Source: an uncultured virus (IMG/VR IMGVR_UViG_3300032046_000017)
Lineage: Duplodnaviria > Heunggongvirae > Uroviricota > Caudoviricetes
Length of the DNA stretch: 64,000 nt
Direction: 5' to 3' (one strand)
IMG/VR virus record: IMGVR_UViG_3300032046_000017
Shown one piece after another: positions 9,866-18,994 of the stretch. The notes beneath the pieces were generated by a model. The model was not told where the DNA came from, made no database searches, and worked only from the letters and a program-made list of their open reading frames with translations. How positions within the stretch are numbered: position 1 is the first letter of the stretch; each line of letters begins with the position of its first letter. The translations under genes and the position numbers were made by a program.

Positions 9866-9890
9866 GGAGCTAACTGGCTCCGCCTTCCTT
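9866..9890 (+). terminator. Hairpin between the sigma-like gene and the tRNA
   Basis: GGAGC-TAACTG-GCTCC followed by a pyrimidine-rich tract with only a weak U run. Confidence 0.35.
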
Positions 9891-9892
9891 AT

Positions 9893-9968
9893 GCGGGTAT
9901 AGCTCAATGGTTAGAGCATCGGTCTCATAAACCGAGGGTTCCAGGTTCGAGTCCTGGTACCCGCACCA
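9893..9968 (+). tRNA. tRNA with CAT anticodon (elongator Met or lysidine-modified Ile2), CCA encoded
   Basis: Full cloverleaf: acceptor GCGGGTA/TACCCGC, D arm GCTC/GAGC, anticodon arm TCGGT-CTCATAA-ACCGA, T arm CCAGG-TTCGAGT-CCTGG, then ACCA. Confidence 0.96.
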
Positions 9969-9970
9969 GT

Positions 9971-10321
9971 TTACTTGCTTTTCTTACGCAAATCCCAAAG
10001 AATGTGCGGCTTGATGGACCTGAGCTTCGGAGCAGCCTGCTTATTCCAAAGTGACAGGTCCCTAGTCATAGATTCCTGCAAACTCAGAAAATACTTGGAG
10101 AAATCAACATACGAGTTTTTATCGATAGCTAGGTGTGCAGATTCCCGACCGGTGTTGTAGGCCTTTTTGGCTAGTGTTGCCATAGACATCGGCAACGAGG
10201 CGTCTTTTATTACGTCTTTAAATGGCTCCCTTGGCACGCCGACAAATTCCAATAACGCGGTTAATACGCCATAAGACTTAATAAACCGGTACGACGGGTT
10301 TGATTCGTTGAATGGTTCCAC
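9971..10321 (-). CDS. Hypothetical protein, 116 aa
   Basis: GTG start with GGAGAG SD. Confidence 0.6.
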   Translation of the reverse strand: MEPFNESNPSYRFIKSYGVLTALLEFVGVPREPFKDVIKDASLPMSMATLAKKAYNTGRESAHLAIDKNSYVDFSKYFLSLQESMTRDLSLWNKQAAPKLRSIKPHILWDLRKKSK

Positions 10322-10413
10322 ACCTGCTCTCCTTGGTAGTTATTTTAAATTTAATCGTTTGTACTTTGTTAGCCTAGCAGTGGTTAACAATAATGCTGGC
10401 ATTAGGAGAAGGC

Positions 10414-10959
10414 ATGGACACAAGTAGCAGTTCTAGATTTTATACCTTTGAATGGGAACTTACTTTCCCAGTTGCGGACGTGATGTTGGACAAAGATGCC
10501 AGCGATGATGACGGGTTTGCGAGTGCAAAAAGCAAAGACATGGCCAAAGTGGTGGCCTGCGAAGTAATAGATGGGTTACTAGGTCCTGGGTCTTGCAAAG
10601 ACTTCGTTATTAATAGCAGCTTCCAAGGCTTTGATGACGACGTCGCCAGAACCGCCAACGCTTACCACTTATTGGAAATTACTGGTCCTGTTGATGCCGC
10701 ACTAACGCTAGAGCAGGAGTTGTTGGGCGAAAAAGACCAGGTCATGGCAGCTGGCCCAGAAGGCCTCAAGCTTTCTGGTGAACAGTACCACGAGGCTCTT
10801 GTGCTGATAGAGACTATTAGGACCGCTATTGCTGAACTCAGGTCGTTTACTATCAAACAGACTTATACTGACAGCACCCCAGAGTTGGAGCCAGCCTTTG
10901 AAGAGCTTGATAAGCTAACCGACGCGGTAAACGTCCTTTACAAATTGTACAACGTCTAA
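10414..10959 (+). CDS. Hypothetical acidic protein
   Basis: ATG at 10414 preceded by AGGAG. Confidence 0.65.
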   Translation: MDTSSSSRFYTFEWELTFPVADVMLDKDASDDDGFASAKSKDMAKVVACEVIDGLLGPGSCKDFVINSSFQGFDDDVARTANAYHLLEITGPVDAALTLEQELLGEKDQVMAAGPEGLKLSGEQYHEALVLIETIRTAIAELRSFTIKQTYTDSTPELEPAFEELDKLTDAVNVLYKLYNV

Positions 10960-10982
10960 TATCTTGTTAATGTGAGGTTGTT

Positions 10983-11660
10983 GTGCAGTACACCAAATTG
11001 GCCTATAAGTTGGCCAAATCAGGCGTGGTAGTTAAGGACGGTAAGGTCAGAATGTCAGACCTGGGCCGCGCAGTCCAGGTATTGATCGGAGCGTCTATGA
11101 CGCGGGAGACGGCTTATAAGATTCTTGAGATTGATCCGTCTCAGGAACTTGACCTGAAGGCCGCCTACCGGAAAGCCGCACTTAAGAACCATCCTGACCA
11201 CGGTGGAAGCGAAGAGCTGATGAAGCTGGTTAATCAGGCGCGTGACGTGCTAGAAAACAGCGACGATAGGAGAAGTCCTGGCGTTGGTTTTGATTTTGAC
11301 GGTCGTCACGACCCTGTTTTCCAAGCGTGGAAAAGGGCGCGAGAACAGGCCCAAGAGCAAGGCCGAAAAGACAGAGAACAGGAACAAAGGGACTGGGAAG
11401 CAAATACGCCACCTGCTGAGAAAGCTGCCCACCATAAAAAGATGGCTGATCTGAATGCTGAGAGATCGTTTGTACAGGAAATGCTAAGCTCAATGAGTAT
11501 CGCCGACAAAATGAAATACGACAAAATGAATTTAAATATTTTAAAAGCGGCACCATCAAAAAAGCAAGAACTAGTTGAAAAGAAAAACGCTTGGCTTGCC
11601 AAGTATCGAAAGGCATACAAACCTAAGCCGTCAACTGACTTGGCTACTGTCACTAAGTAA
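10983..11660 (+). CDS. DnaJ (J-domain) protein
   Basis: AYKILEID...LKAAYRKAALKNHPDHGGSEELMKLVNQARDVL contains the HPD motif. Confidence 0.9.
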   Translation: MQYTKLAYKLAKSGVVVKDGKVRMSDLGRAVQVLIGASMTRETAYKILEIDPSQELDLKAAYRKAALKNHPDHGGSEELMKLVNQARDVLENSDDRRSPGVGFDFDGRHDPVFQAWKRAREQAQEQGRKDREQEQRDWEANTPPAEKAAHHKKMADLNAERSFVQEMLSSMSIADKMKYDKMNLNILKAAPSKKQELVEKKNAWLAKYRKAYKPKPSTDLATVTK

Positions 11661-11723
11661 CACACCTCGCTGCTGCGTCTGTCTCCAATTATTTTGTTGT
11701 AGTGATACACCTGAGGAGACCTT

Positions 11724-12914
11724 ATGAGCCAAGCGCAGTCCACAACACAACGCATTTTCCTTCGCGGCGAGCGAGTAAACCTAGTTGTATCATTTTTCGC
11801 AGATGACGCTGGTACGGTGCCATTGGTGCCGTTGGATATTGCCGAATATCCCGCCTATTCGATATTTGACATCAACGGAACTGTTGTGCAGTCTGGCATC
11901 GGCCAACCGGAGGGCACGCCTGGTCGGTGGAAATCAGAATACCTGGTGCCGAAAGACGCACCACTGTCCAACGACAGGTCTCGGTGGCGGATCGAATGGA
12001 CCTTCGTTTCCGAAGATAATCAGCAGTTCGAGATGGTCGAGGAATTTGATGTCAAAGACACGGTAATCACTTCCGCCGAAACCCGTGAGATCTCGTTTAT
12101 TACCCTAGCCGGTCAGCCCTATCGCGCCATCCTAAGGTTGCCTGAGGTCCCGGCTGATGTGCAAATGGACGTGTTCGCAGCCAATAACTTCAACACACCA
12201 ATCATTCTTGGTGCAATGGTCGGCCTTGGCGGCATAATGTCGGCAGAAGATGGCGACTCCATCGTTTATTACTACGACATACCAGCGTCTGTGATGCAGA
12301 CCAATTGCGTGTTTGCTATCATTTGGAAAATTAGGTCCACCATCTCCGAACCGCAGCAATTCGTCTACCAAAAGCTTTCTACAGTTATGCCTAACGTGCT
12401 GGCCGGAATCATATCAGTAAGGCACATCATAGACAAACTAGGGAAAAGATTAGGTACTGTGCAAAGTTATGAAGATTCAGCCATTTTGGAATATTTACAA
12501 CGTGGTCATGAGTTGGTAAACTCAACTTATCCGACTACATATTATCAGTTTGGCCAAATGCCTCAAATTTTTGGCGTGTTTCACATTTTGTATTCAGCCT
12601 GGTATGGCCTGCAGGCCCAGTACATTCTTGAGACTGATCTAGGATTCAATATGTCAGGACAAACAGTTACACTAGAATACGACCACTCTGGTAACTTGTC
12701 CGATATTGCTGGCAAGTGGCAAGATTTTATTACCACTAACCTGCCTCCAGCCAAAATGTCAGTGTTCAGAGCGACAAGCTCGGTAGGTGTCGTTGCTGGC
12801 AGAGGCTATCGTTACCAGGGATACGACAACATGGTTTACCGCATCGCAACGCGGTCCGGTAACACTGGGTATGGATTAATCGGTCAGTTGACTACCATGG
12901 GATTGCTATGGTAG
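11724..12914 (+). CDS. Hypothetical protein, 396 aa, probable virion structural protein
   Basis: Strong GAGGAG SD; beta-rich N-terminal half and helical C-terminal half. A structural role is inferred from composition only. Confidence 0.5.
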   Translation: MSQAQSTTQRIFLRGERVNLVVSFFADDAGTVPLVPLDIAEYPAYSIFDINGTVVQSGIGQPEGTPGRWKSEYLVPKDAPLSNDRSRWRIEWTFVSEDNQQFEMVEEFDVKDTVITSAETREISFITLAGQPYRAILRLPEVPADVQMDVFAANNFNTPIILGAMVGLGGIMSAEDGDSIVYYYDIPASVMQTNCVFAIIWKIRSTISEPQQFVYQKLSTVMPNVLAGIISVRHIIDKLGKRLGTVQSYEDSAILEYLQRGHELVNSTYPTTYYQFGQMPQIFGVFHILYSAWYGLQAQYILETDLGFNMSGQTVTLEYDHSGNLSDIAGKWQDFITTNLPPAKMSVFRATSSVGVVAGRGYRYQGYDNMVYRIATRSGNTGYGLIGQLTTMGLLW

Positions 12915-14645
12915 CCACTCATATTTAGCCTGACCAGCATCGTAAATTTTGCTCCAACCAAGCTCCTCGGCATGTTCAGCCTCGGTTAGTTGTCTGGCAT
13001 CCATATTAGCTCGGCATTTGAGACGATTGTAAGTGTGCTTAAAGTCAGTCCATTTCCAACCCAAGGTTGTGTGGGCGTGTTCGAAACCACTTCTTATCAA
13101 GCTGTTGCCGACCCCATATCTTAGGTCCACGTGACTAACCACTTTGGTTGGCCTAACGTTGTCGACAATCCGCTTCAAGATTCTAGTAAACCCACCAACT
13201 ACTGAATGTCCAACAAGGTTGCAAAACCTTATCACTGTTAATTCGCCATTCTTTAGCCTGTAACTCATGGCAGCTAACACCACATCTCCATCTACTAAGG
13301 CCATAGTTGGTGCCGAGAAGTTGCCCATAAGATGATTGTTTAGGAAGAACTGTTTTGATACTGGCGTGGGCAGCGCAGCAAGTTTTAGCTTCCTAGCAAA
13401 CAAAACCTTGGACTTGCCTAAGGCGTGATTCACAAGGCTTTTCACTATGACTGGTTTATCCCTTAGTTCGTCCTCCCTAACTTGGAATAGCCGGAAGCCG
13501 GACTCGTGGTAGTACTTGCACTTGTCAATGTGTCTGCCCTTTGGTGCAATTGGATAGCTGTGCCAGTATAGCCCGTCTACATCAACGAATATGCTGTCAG
13601 TAATTCTGAAATCAGGTCGGTATGGAAAATCACTACTGATTTTTTTGTCGTATCTTTGTACTCCCAACAGCTCTGACATAGCAGTCTCTAGTTTGGTGCA
13701 GATGCGATTCTGATGCAGACCTATGCCGTCCAGCAGGTGCCTAGGCTTGGCTTCGTATTCACCAAATTCTTGATCCACTACTAGGCACAAGTTAGAAACT
13801 CCTGAATAACTTGCTGGCACTAACTCCACAAAAGGTACCACACCTCGTATTTTCTCGGCTACCTCAGCGAAACCCCTGGCGGTCTTAAGATGGCCGCGTT
13901 TGACGTGACCATGGCCTCGCATCACATCTGCCGGTTTAGCCTTCCATTGCCCAAATTTTTCGTCTACAAAGCTGGCCGGTATGTTGACGTTTCTATATGT
14001 GGATTCGTCCATTGAAACAAATGGCATTTCGCGCTGAATGTGCGTTATTACCTCTGCCGCCGTATATTTGGCATTGCCAGCTCGCTTAGGATGTCCAGAG
14101 CCGCGAATCACATGGCAAGGCGGTGCCCACCATTCGCCAAAGTCTGGGTCAATAAATTTAGCTGGTTTGTGAGTGTCCTGGTAAGTACTCTCGTCCAAGC
14201 TGACCTTATCGTGTCTGTCGGCTAATAGGTATTGCACTTGCGATGGATCTAGTTTGTTGTGTTTGGTTTTTTTGGCCCTATGCAATACGTTGCTTGGAAG
14301 TAACCAATGTTCGTTCCCGGCTTGGTCTGTAAACTTAGCTTTTGTCTTCATGCCATCAAAGGTTGATTCATCCAACACCAAGCCACCATTGCCGTTGTAC
14401 TTAGTTAGGAATGAACTGGCGCCCTTCTTGTTAGACTCAGTAAACCTCTTCTTATGCCCCGCGCCGCTCAGTACCGAGGCTGGCATTACCCACCATTCCC
14501 CATATGTGGAGTCTACAAACCTAGCCTTAGTGACAATGTTGACAAATGTGGCATGGTCCATGCTAATATACGGCCTTGGCAGCAACTTGCCGTCGCCTTG
14601 TTGTATTCTGGCTTCAAGCTCAGCCGGGTCTAGTCGTTTTGCCAT
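12906..14645 (-). CDS. Hef-like endonuclease: N-terminal repeats, Vsr-like nuclease and GNAT-like C-terminal domain
   Basis: About 5 repeats of LDESTY..T..PA.F.D..FGEW...P..V..G.GH; RPDF...VDVDGLYWHS; FARK...FFLNNHLMG...RFC...VVGGF...IYDAGQ. Confidence 0.7.
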   Translation of the reverse strand: MAKRLDPAELEARIQQGDGKLLPRPYISMDHATFVNIVTKARFVDSTYGEWWVMPASVLSGAGHKKRFTESNKKGASSFLTKYNGNGGLVLDESTFDGMKTKAKFTDQAGNEHWLLPSNVLHRAKKTKHNKLDPSQVQYLLADRHDKVSLDESTYQDTHKPAKFIDPDFGEWWAPPCHVIRGSGHPKRAGNAKYTAAEVITHIQREMPFVSMDESTYRNVNIPASFVDEKFGQWKAKPADVMRGHGHVKRGHLKTARGFAEVAEKIRGVVPFVELVPASYSGVSNLCLVVDQEFGEYEAKPRHLLDGIGLHQNRICTKLETAMSELLGVQRYDKKISSDFPYRPDFRITDSIFVDVDGLYWHSYPIAPKGRHIDKCKYYHESGFRLFQVREDELRDKPVIVKSLVNHALGKSKVLFARKLKLAALPTPVSKQFFLNNHLMGNFSAPTMALVDGDVVLAAMSYRLKNGELTVIRFCNLVGHSVVGGFTRILKRIVDNVRPTKVVSHVDLRYGVGNSLIRSGFEHAHTTLGWKWTDFKHTYNRLKCRANMDARQLTEAEHAEELGWSKIYDAGQAKYEWLP

Positions 14646-14699
14646 GTACCCACCGCCATACCAATGTTCCGCCTAAAAAGACACTTTTAGGAGGCATGT

Positions 14700-15221
14700 A
14701 TGAAATTCTTTATCCTAACAGTGTCCTTGCTGTCCTGGTCGTGCGGAACCCACCGTAAGCTAATATCAAAAAACACACCATCAGCGACAGACGCTATCAT
14801 CCCTGCCCCAACGCCGGTACCGACCCCAACGCCAATTGTTCCACCAACGCCGTCTGAGAGTTTTCTCAATGCCGCCTCAGGGTCGTGGTCTACCATCTGC
14901 TATTCATCCGATTCAGTTTCATCATGGTCTGGCACTCTCCAGATGTCGGCCAACAATTTCAAGATAGGCGGTTTTTGGTTTCAGAAAAACACGAACTGCG
15001 GTGGGACAGCAGCACCGGACAGCAGCGGCCTAAGACAATATAAAACTGTTTCGATGGTCTCCCAACCTGATGGATGGTTCCTCCTTAAAGGCGACTGCGT
15101 GTCAGGGTGTACTGGATCAGTGTCTATCGCTGCTAAGATGGGCGTGGTTGTCAGAGAGATAAAGGACGAAAGCCAGCCTCTTGTAGGTCCAACCACCTTC
15201 TATAGTAACGGCCCAAAATGA
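14700..15221 (+). CDS. Putative lipoprotein with Pro/Thr linker
   Basis: MKFFILTVSLLSWSC signal with lipobox-like Cys; PAPTPVPTPTP linker; AGGAGG SD. Confidence 0.65.
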   Translation: MKFFILTVSLLSWSCGTHRKLISKNTPSATDAIIPAPTPVPTPTPIVPPTPSESFLNAASGSWSTICYSSDSVSSWSGTLQMSANNFKIGGFWFQKNTNCGGTAAPDSSGLRQYKTVSMVSQPDGWFLLKGDCVSGCTGSVSIAAKMGVVVREIKDESQPLVGPTTFYSNGPK

Positions 15222-15272
15222 ACGTGGCCTAGCAACAGACACCGGTTATTTTGGCAGAACGGAGGGCCAGTT

Positions 15273-15845
15273 ATGCGCATCACCGTTTTGCTTTTGCTTT
15301 TAGTATCCTGTGGCGTCAGCCAGCCAAAACCAGTCCCGCTCTCGCCAACTCACACAGTAGAAGCACCCGTTGTACCAAAAGGACCCTTTGACAAGTATAC
15401 CCAACAATTTGCCGAAGAAAACGGCACCAAAGTGACCACGCCAATAGAGTTTGTAAGCTCCCTTGAGGTAGCCAGAGCCTTGGCTGTTTGCCGGATATCC
15501 GCCACAGGAGAAAAAATCATTCAGGCAGTTAAGAGTTCCTTCGCAAAGTTAGAGGCAGAAAACGCCGAGCAAGCCCAATACATAATCTTCCACGAATTAG
15601 GACATTGCGAACTGGGCAGGCCTCACACTTCTCAGCATTTGCGTGATTACCCGTCGTTACCATACTCAATAATGTTCCCGACGTTTCCTGCATCGTTTGC
15701 GAGTTTTCAGCAATTTAGAGACCACTACTATGGCGAATTGTTCGGAAAACCAACCCTGAAGTCGGACGGCATCTCTTTCCTAGCCCAGCCTCAGTTTGTT
15801 GGGTCTTGCTTTTTTGGGTTAGAAGGGTTCAAGAGCGGGTGGTAA
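15273..15845 (+). CDS. Putative lipoprotein zinc metallopeptidase (metzincin-like)
   Basis: Lipobox-like LVSC; HELGHCELGRPH followed by a SIM Met-turn. Confidence 0.75.
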   Translation: MRITVLLLLLVSCGVSQPKPVPLSPTHTVEAPVVPKGPFDKYTQQFAEENGTKVTTPIEFVSSLEVARALAVCRISATGEKIIQAVKSSFAKLEAENAEQAQYIIFHELGHCELGRPHTSQHLRDYPSLPYSIMFPTFPASFASFQQFRDHYYGELFGKPTLKSDGISFLAQPQFVGSCFFGLEGFKSGW

Positions 15846-15846
15846 A

Positions 15847-16182
15847 TCAACCAGCCCTCATTTCCATTATTCTGAATAGTGACATTAGCTTGTACGAGAA
15901 AAGGTCTAAACTCTCTGCCGGATCGAAGTCCGGACGGTGAAACACTACCAATTCGGCTCTTAGATGGTTAAGGTCACGCATAATAACGCGGTCCCACGGC
16001 GGTAAACCTTTGTAGTCAGTATATCGCTCTTCAATGAGCAAATTAAGCTCAATCATCTCGTGAACTTCTACAAGCTTCTTAATCGGCGTGATAGCCGCAG
16101 TATTGTGGATGAGCCTGATGGTGTCTAGTCGCAACTCTTGCATTATCTGCACTTCGTCATGCAATTTAACAACATTAGTCAC
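15847..16182 (-). CDS. Hypothetical protein, 111 aa
   Basis: GTG start with GGAG SD. Confidence 0.6.
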   Translation of the reverse strand: MTNVVKLHDEVQIMQELRLDTIRLIHNTAAITPIKKLVEVHEMIELNLLIEERYTDYKGLPPWDRVIMRDLNHLRAELVVFHRPDFDPAESLDLFSYKLMSLFRIMEMRAG

Positions 16183-16190
16183 TTTGGCTC

Positions 16191-16454
16191 CTAACTAGCC
16201 AGAGCCTCAACCGCAGCCCTAATACGGGCTGCTATTTGCTGCCCTGACTCTGTTAATACTACTGCTCTGCCCTTTGGCGTGGTTCCTGCCGCCAGGAAGT
16301 CATCGCCAAATATGCCTCGCCATTTTTTGATACGGTGAGAAACAGCTGGAGGAGTTAGACCAAGAGTTTTAGCTACCACATTCTGCATTTGCCCGTCAGA
16401 AATAAGAAGAATAGCTATGAAGTCGTCTAAGTCCAAAAGCCTTAGATCGGTCAT
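16191..16454 (-). CDS. Stand-alone LysR-type helix-turn-helix protein with no effector domain; start uncertain (16454-16517)
   Basis: LDLDD...VAKTLGLTPPAVSHRIKKW..IFG...VVLTESGQ matches the LysR winged HTH pattern. Confidence 0.75.
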   Translation of the reverse strand: MTDLRLLDLDDFIAILLISDGQMQNVVAKTLGLTPPAVSHRIKKWRGIFGDDFLAAGTTPKGRAVVLTESGQQIAARIRAAVEALAS

Positions 16455-16546
16455 GGAACACCCAATAGGCAGCATCTTAGAAAGAGAAACACCATCAGCC
16501 AATGTGCAACCCCCCACAGCATTTTGTATTTGCCCAAATAAATTAA

Positions 16547-16566
16547 TGCTGACTGGCCAGTCAGCA
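16547..16566. repeat. Perfect 20-bp palindrome, candidate operator
   Basis: TGCTGACTGG/CCAGTCAGCA. Confidence 0.7.
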
Positions 16567-16618
16567 AAATGCTTTTACCTGCTGAGGTTATTAAGGGCGC
16601 ACACTTAACCAATGAATC

Positions 16619-16822
16619 TTACTTGGCTTCCATCTTAGCTAGCTTGTTGTAGTATTCAGGGTCCTCTGACAAGTGGTCCATAGCAATCTCGATAGCTAGG
16701 TCCATGTCGTCAGTGTGCTCCATTTCTACTAACGCCCCACGCTCCAAGGCATCCTCGTCATAATCTTCTGGTACCGTGTCATCAGCCAAACCGCCAGGTA
16801 CCTTGTCTTTCCAATCAGCCAT
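16619..16822 (-). CDS. DUF5661-like small acidic phage protein
   Basis: G..VEMEHT.D...A.EIAMDHL.EDP.YY.KL motif. Confidence 0.75.
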   Translation of the reverse strand: MADWKDKVPGGLADDTVPEDYDEDALERGALVEMEHTDDMDLAIEIAMDHLSEDPEYYNKLAKMEAK

Positions 16823-16855
16823 TTTGCTTTCCTCAGATTGTTCCCAAAAAGATAA

Positions 16856-17062
16856 CTAACTGGCCGAAATAGCAAATGTTTCTTGGCTATATATGTAGGG
16901 CATTATCTTTAAGTTACAAGATTCACAAATACGGTTCTGTGGGCCAAAGCTGCTAAAAGAGTTTAGGCACTTCAGACACAGTCTATGCTTCTGCTGCTTG
17001 GCCATCTTGGCCTCAATCACTTGGTCGTAGACGCGGCTTGGATCTTTGTTAGCATATGGCAT
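16856..17062 (-). CDS. Small C4 zinc-finger protein
   Basis: CLKC...NRICESC; GGAGG SD. Confidence 0.7.
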   Translation of the reverse strand: MPYANKDPSRVYDQVIEAKMAKQQKHRLCLKCLNSFSSFGPQNRICESCNLKIMPYIYSQETFAISAS

Positions 17063-17147
17063 TTGACTACCCTCCCACTGGTGGCACTACTGTTGTTGTT
17101 GTTGTAGATTCTTTTATTTAATCTAACCCCTTGCGTAGGATTGACTA

Positions 17148-17387
17148 ATGATCATCGAACTTGCCTTACTGATTGCTGGTCTTATCGGCTCATATCATTA
17201 TGGCCGTTACGAAGAGAGGGTCTTGCTTGAGGATAGCCGAATCCAATGTGCTGCGGAAGTGATTGACGTATCCAAGCAGCTAAAGGAATGTACTGACATG
17301 TTCGAGCCAGCCGGTAGCGGTGACGGGATTCCGGAGGATAGCCTGCCGGATGATGCTGAGATTGACAACGCTGATCTGACTACGTAG
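17148..17387 (+). CDS. Small membrane-anchored protein
   Basis: Hydrophobic N-terminus and acidic tail; AGGA SD. Confidence 0.6.
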   Translation: MIIELALLIAGLIGSYHYGRYEERVLLEDSRIQCAAEVIDVSKQLKECTDMFEPAGSGDGIPEDSLPDDAEIDNADLTT

Positions 17388-17451
17388 TATTGCTTATATT
17401 TGGGTGCTAAAATTTGGCTGGAATACACAAACTCACTGCGGAGAGACAGCA

Positions 17452-17865
17452 ATGGCAAAGAAGCGTTCACGAGCTAAGTTCAATAACCCACACAAGATCC
17501 CAAATGACGTGGCTACCGAAATTAGACAATTAAATAACGAGAAACTGATAGCAAGAATCACTCTCGAATACCGAAATTGGGTGGCATCGCAAGAAGCCAA
17601 AAAGAAAGACCCGGAGCTAGTGAAAGCTGCCGACATGATCAAAGAAGCAAAAGAGGAGATCAAAAACCAACCAGAGTACCAGGAAATGGTCGAAGAACAC
17701 AAGAGCAAGCTAGAGGCCTACATGACAGAGGAACTGGCAAGGTATACCGAAGAGCACAAGAACTTGTTGCAGCCTTTCAACGAGGACATAGCCAGATTCC
17801 GTGGCATGTTTAAGGTTGCGATAGAGGAACTGGACAACCGGAAAGACAAAGGGATCATCAGTTGA
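17452..17865 (+). CDS. Hypothetical coiled-coil protein
   Basis: ATG at 17452 with GGAGAG SD; Glu/Lys-rich. Confidence 0.65.
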   Translation: MAKKRSRAKFNNPHKIPNDVATEIRQLNNEKLIARITLEYRNWVASQEAKKKDPELVKAADMIKEAKEEIKNQPEYQEMVEEHKSKLEAYMTEELARYTEEHKNLLQPFNEDIARFRGMFKVAIEELDNRKDKGIIS

Positions 17866-18497
17866 ACACTATTAACGGCAGCACTTTTGGTCAGGATGAG
17901 CAAGTGATACAGAGAGAATTGTCAAGGGTAGAGTTGTTGGACGACAATGACGAATTTTTGCCTAGCAGAAGCCACAAAAGGGTCTTATTTCGGTGCAAAA
18001 GCTGCGAAGAGACATTTTTGCGTGAGTACAAATATCAAGAAGAGAAGCATGGGTGCGAACGTAGTGGCCTACCAAAAGTAGAATTTAAGATACTGGAGGA
18101 AGGCGCCAAGGTTCCCACCAGGGCTAAGGCAACCGATGCAGGATACGACGTAGCGTCGATTGAGGCAGTGGAATTGTTGCCAGGCAAAATGACTGCCGTG
18201 CAGACCGGTGTCGCCTTGTCGGCCCCTGACGGATACTACTTCACCATAGAAGGCCGATCGTCTATGTTCAAGAAGCAGGTTTTCCCTGTTAGGGCAATCA
18301 TTGATAGCTCGTACTGTGGACAGTTTATAGTGGTTTTGGCCAATTTTGGCTCGGAACCGGTATTCATCGCCAAAGGAGACCGAGTAGCCCAGTTGGTCAT
18401 CCACAAGTTCGTTCCATTCGACCTTCTTGAGGTTGAAACTTTCAGTCCTGAATACAGTCAACGTGGACTAGATGGGTTTGGTAGCACTGGAGTATAA
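17862..18497 (+). CDS. dut: Trimeric dUTPase with an N-terminal Cys/His (zinc-ribbon-like) extension
   Basis: dUTPase motifs AGYDV, GRSS, IIDSSYCG, GDRVAQL, RGLDGFGSTG; extension contains FRCKSC...HGC. Confidence 0.93.
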   Translation: MNTINGSTFGQDEQVIQRELSRVELLDDNDEFLPSRSHKRVLFRCKSCEETFLREYKYQEEKHGCERSGLPKVEFKILEEGAKVPTRAKATDAGYDVASIEAVELLPGKMTAVQTGVALSAPDGYYFTIEGRSSMFKKQVFPVRAIIDSSYCGQFIVVLANFGSEPVFIAKGDRVAQLVIHKFVPFDLLEVETFSPEYSQRGLDGFGSTGV

Positions 18498-18548
18498 AAC
18501 ACCAGAGCAACAAGAAACGCATAGTTACGTTGGTAAGGAAACACAGTA

Positions 18549-18890
18549 ATGGCAAACAAACTAGACATTTCATTGGCCGGTGTCAACGCCGACCCGGAAG
18601 CTCGTAGCAATCTAGGCAAACTTATGGCTGGTGACTATTGGTGGGAACAGGGCAGCACGCCTGATTTCGCAATTGTCCGTGAACCGGCCAACGTGGTAGA
18701 TCCAAACGCGTTAGTGTGCCTGGTTGATGGCAGAAGAGTTGGCTATATACCAATGAAATTTCAGAGATCGGTCAGTGCTTTCATTTTGGACTCTGGCCAC
18801 AAGGAACGTATGCCTTGCCAGATTGTTGAATGGGGCAGTTTGTCTAACTCTGAAGGAATATTTTGTGTAGTGTCACTTGTGTCAGTATAG
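18549..18890 (+). CDS. HIRAN domain protein
   Basis: LAGV...VREPANVVDPNAL......VGYIP. Confidence 0.82.
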   Translation: MANKLDISLAGVNADPEARSNLGKLMAGDYWWEQGSTPDFAIVREPANVVDPNALVCLVDGRRVGYIPMKFQRSVSAFILDSGHKERMPCQIVEWGSLSNSEGIFCVVSLVSV

Positions 18891-18898
18891 GAGTGTTT

Positions 18899-18991
18899 AT
18901 GGCACCATATTTTACATTCGTACGTGACATTTTGCTACCGGGCATACTGATAGTTATTCTTATATTAGCCGTCGAATATCTAAAAGCATAG
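18899..18991 (+). CDS. 30-aa single-pass membrane peptide (below the ORF-track cutoff)
   Basis: AGGAG SD; MAPYFTFVRDILLPGILIVILILAVEYLKA. Confidence 0.55.
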   Translation: MAPYFTFVRDILLPGILIVILILAVEYLKA

Positions 18992-18994
18992 TGC

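Noticed and set aside
9893..9968. Initiator tRNA-fMet
   Set aside because: G1-C72 is paired and the anticodon stem lacks the three consecutive G-C pairs
9848..10054. 68-aa ORF
   Set aside because: It overlaps the tRNA, which explains the sequence
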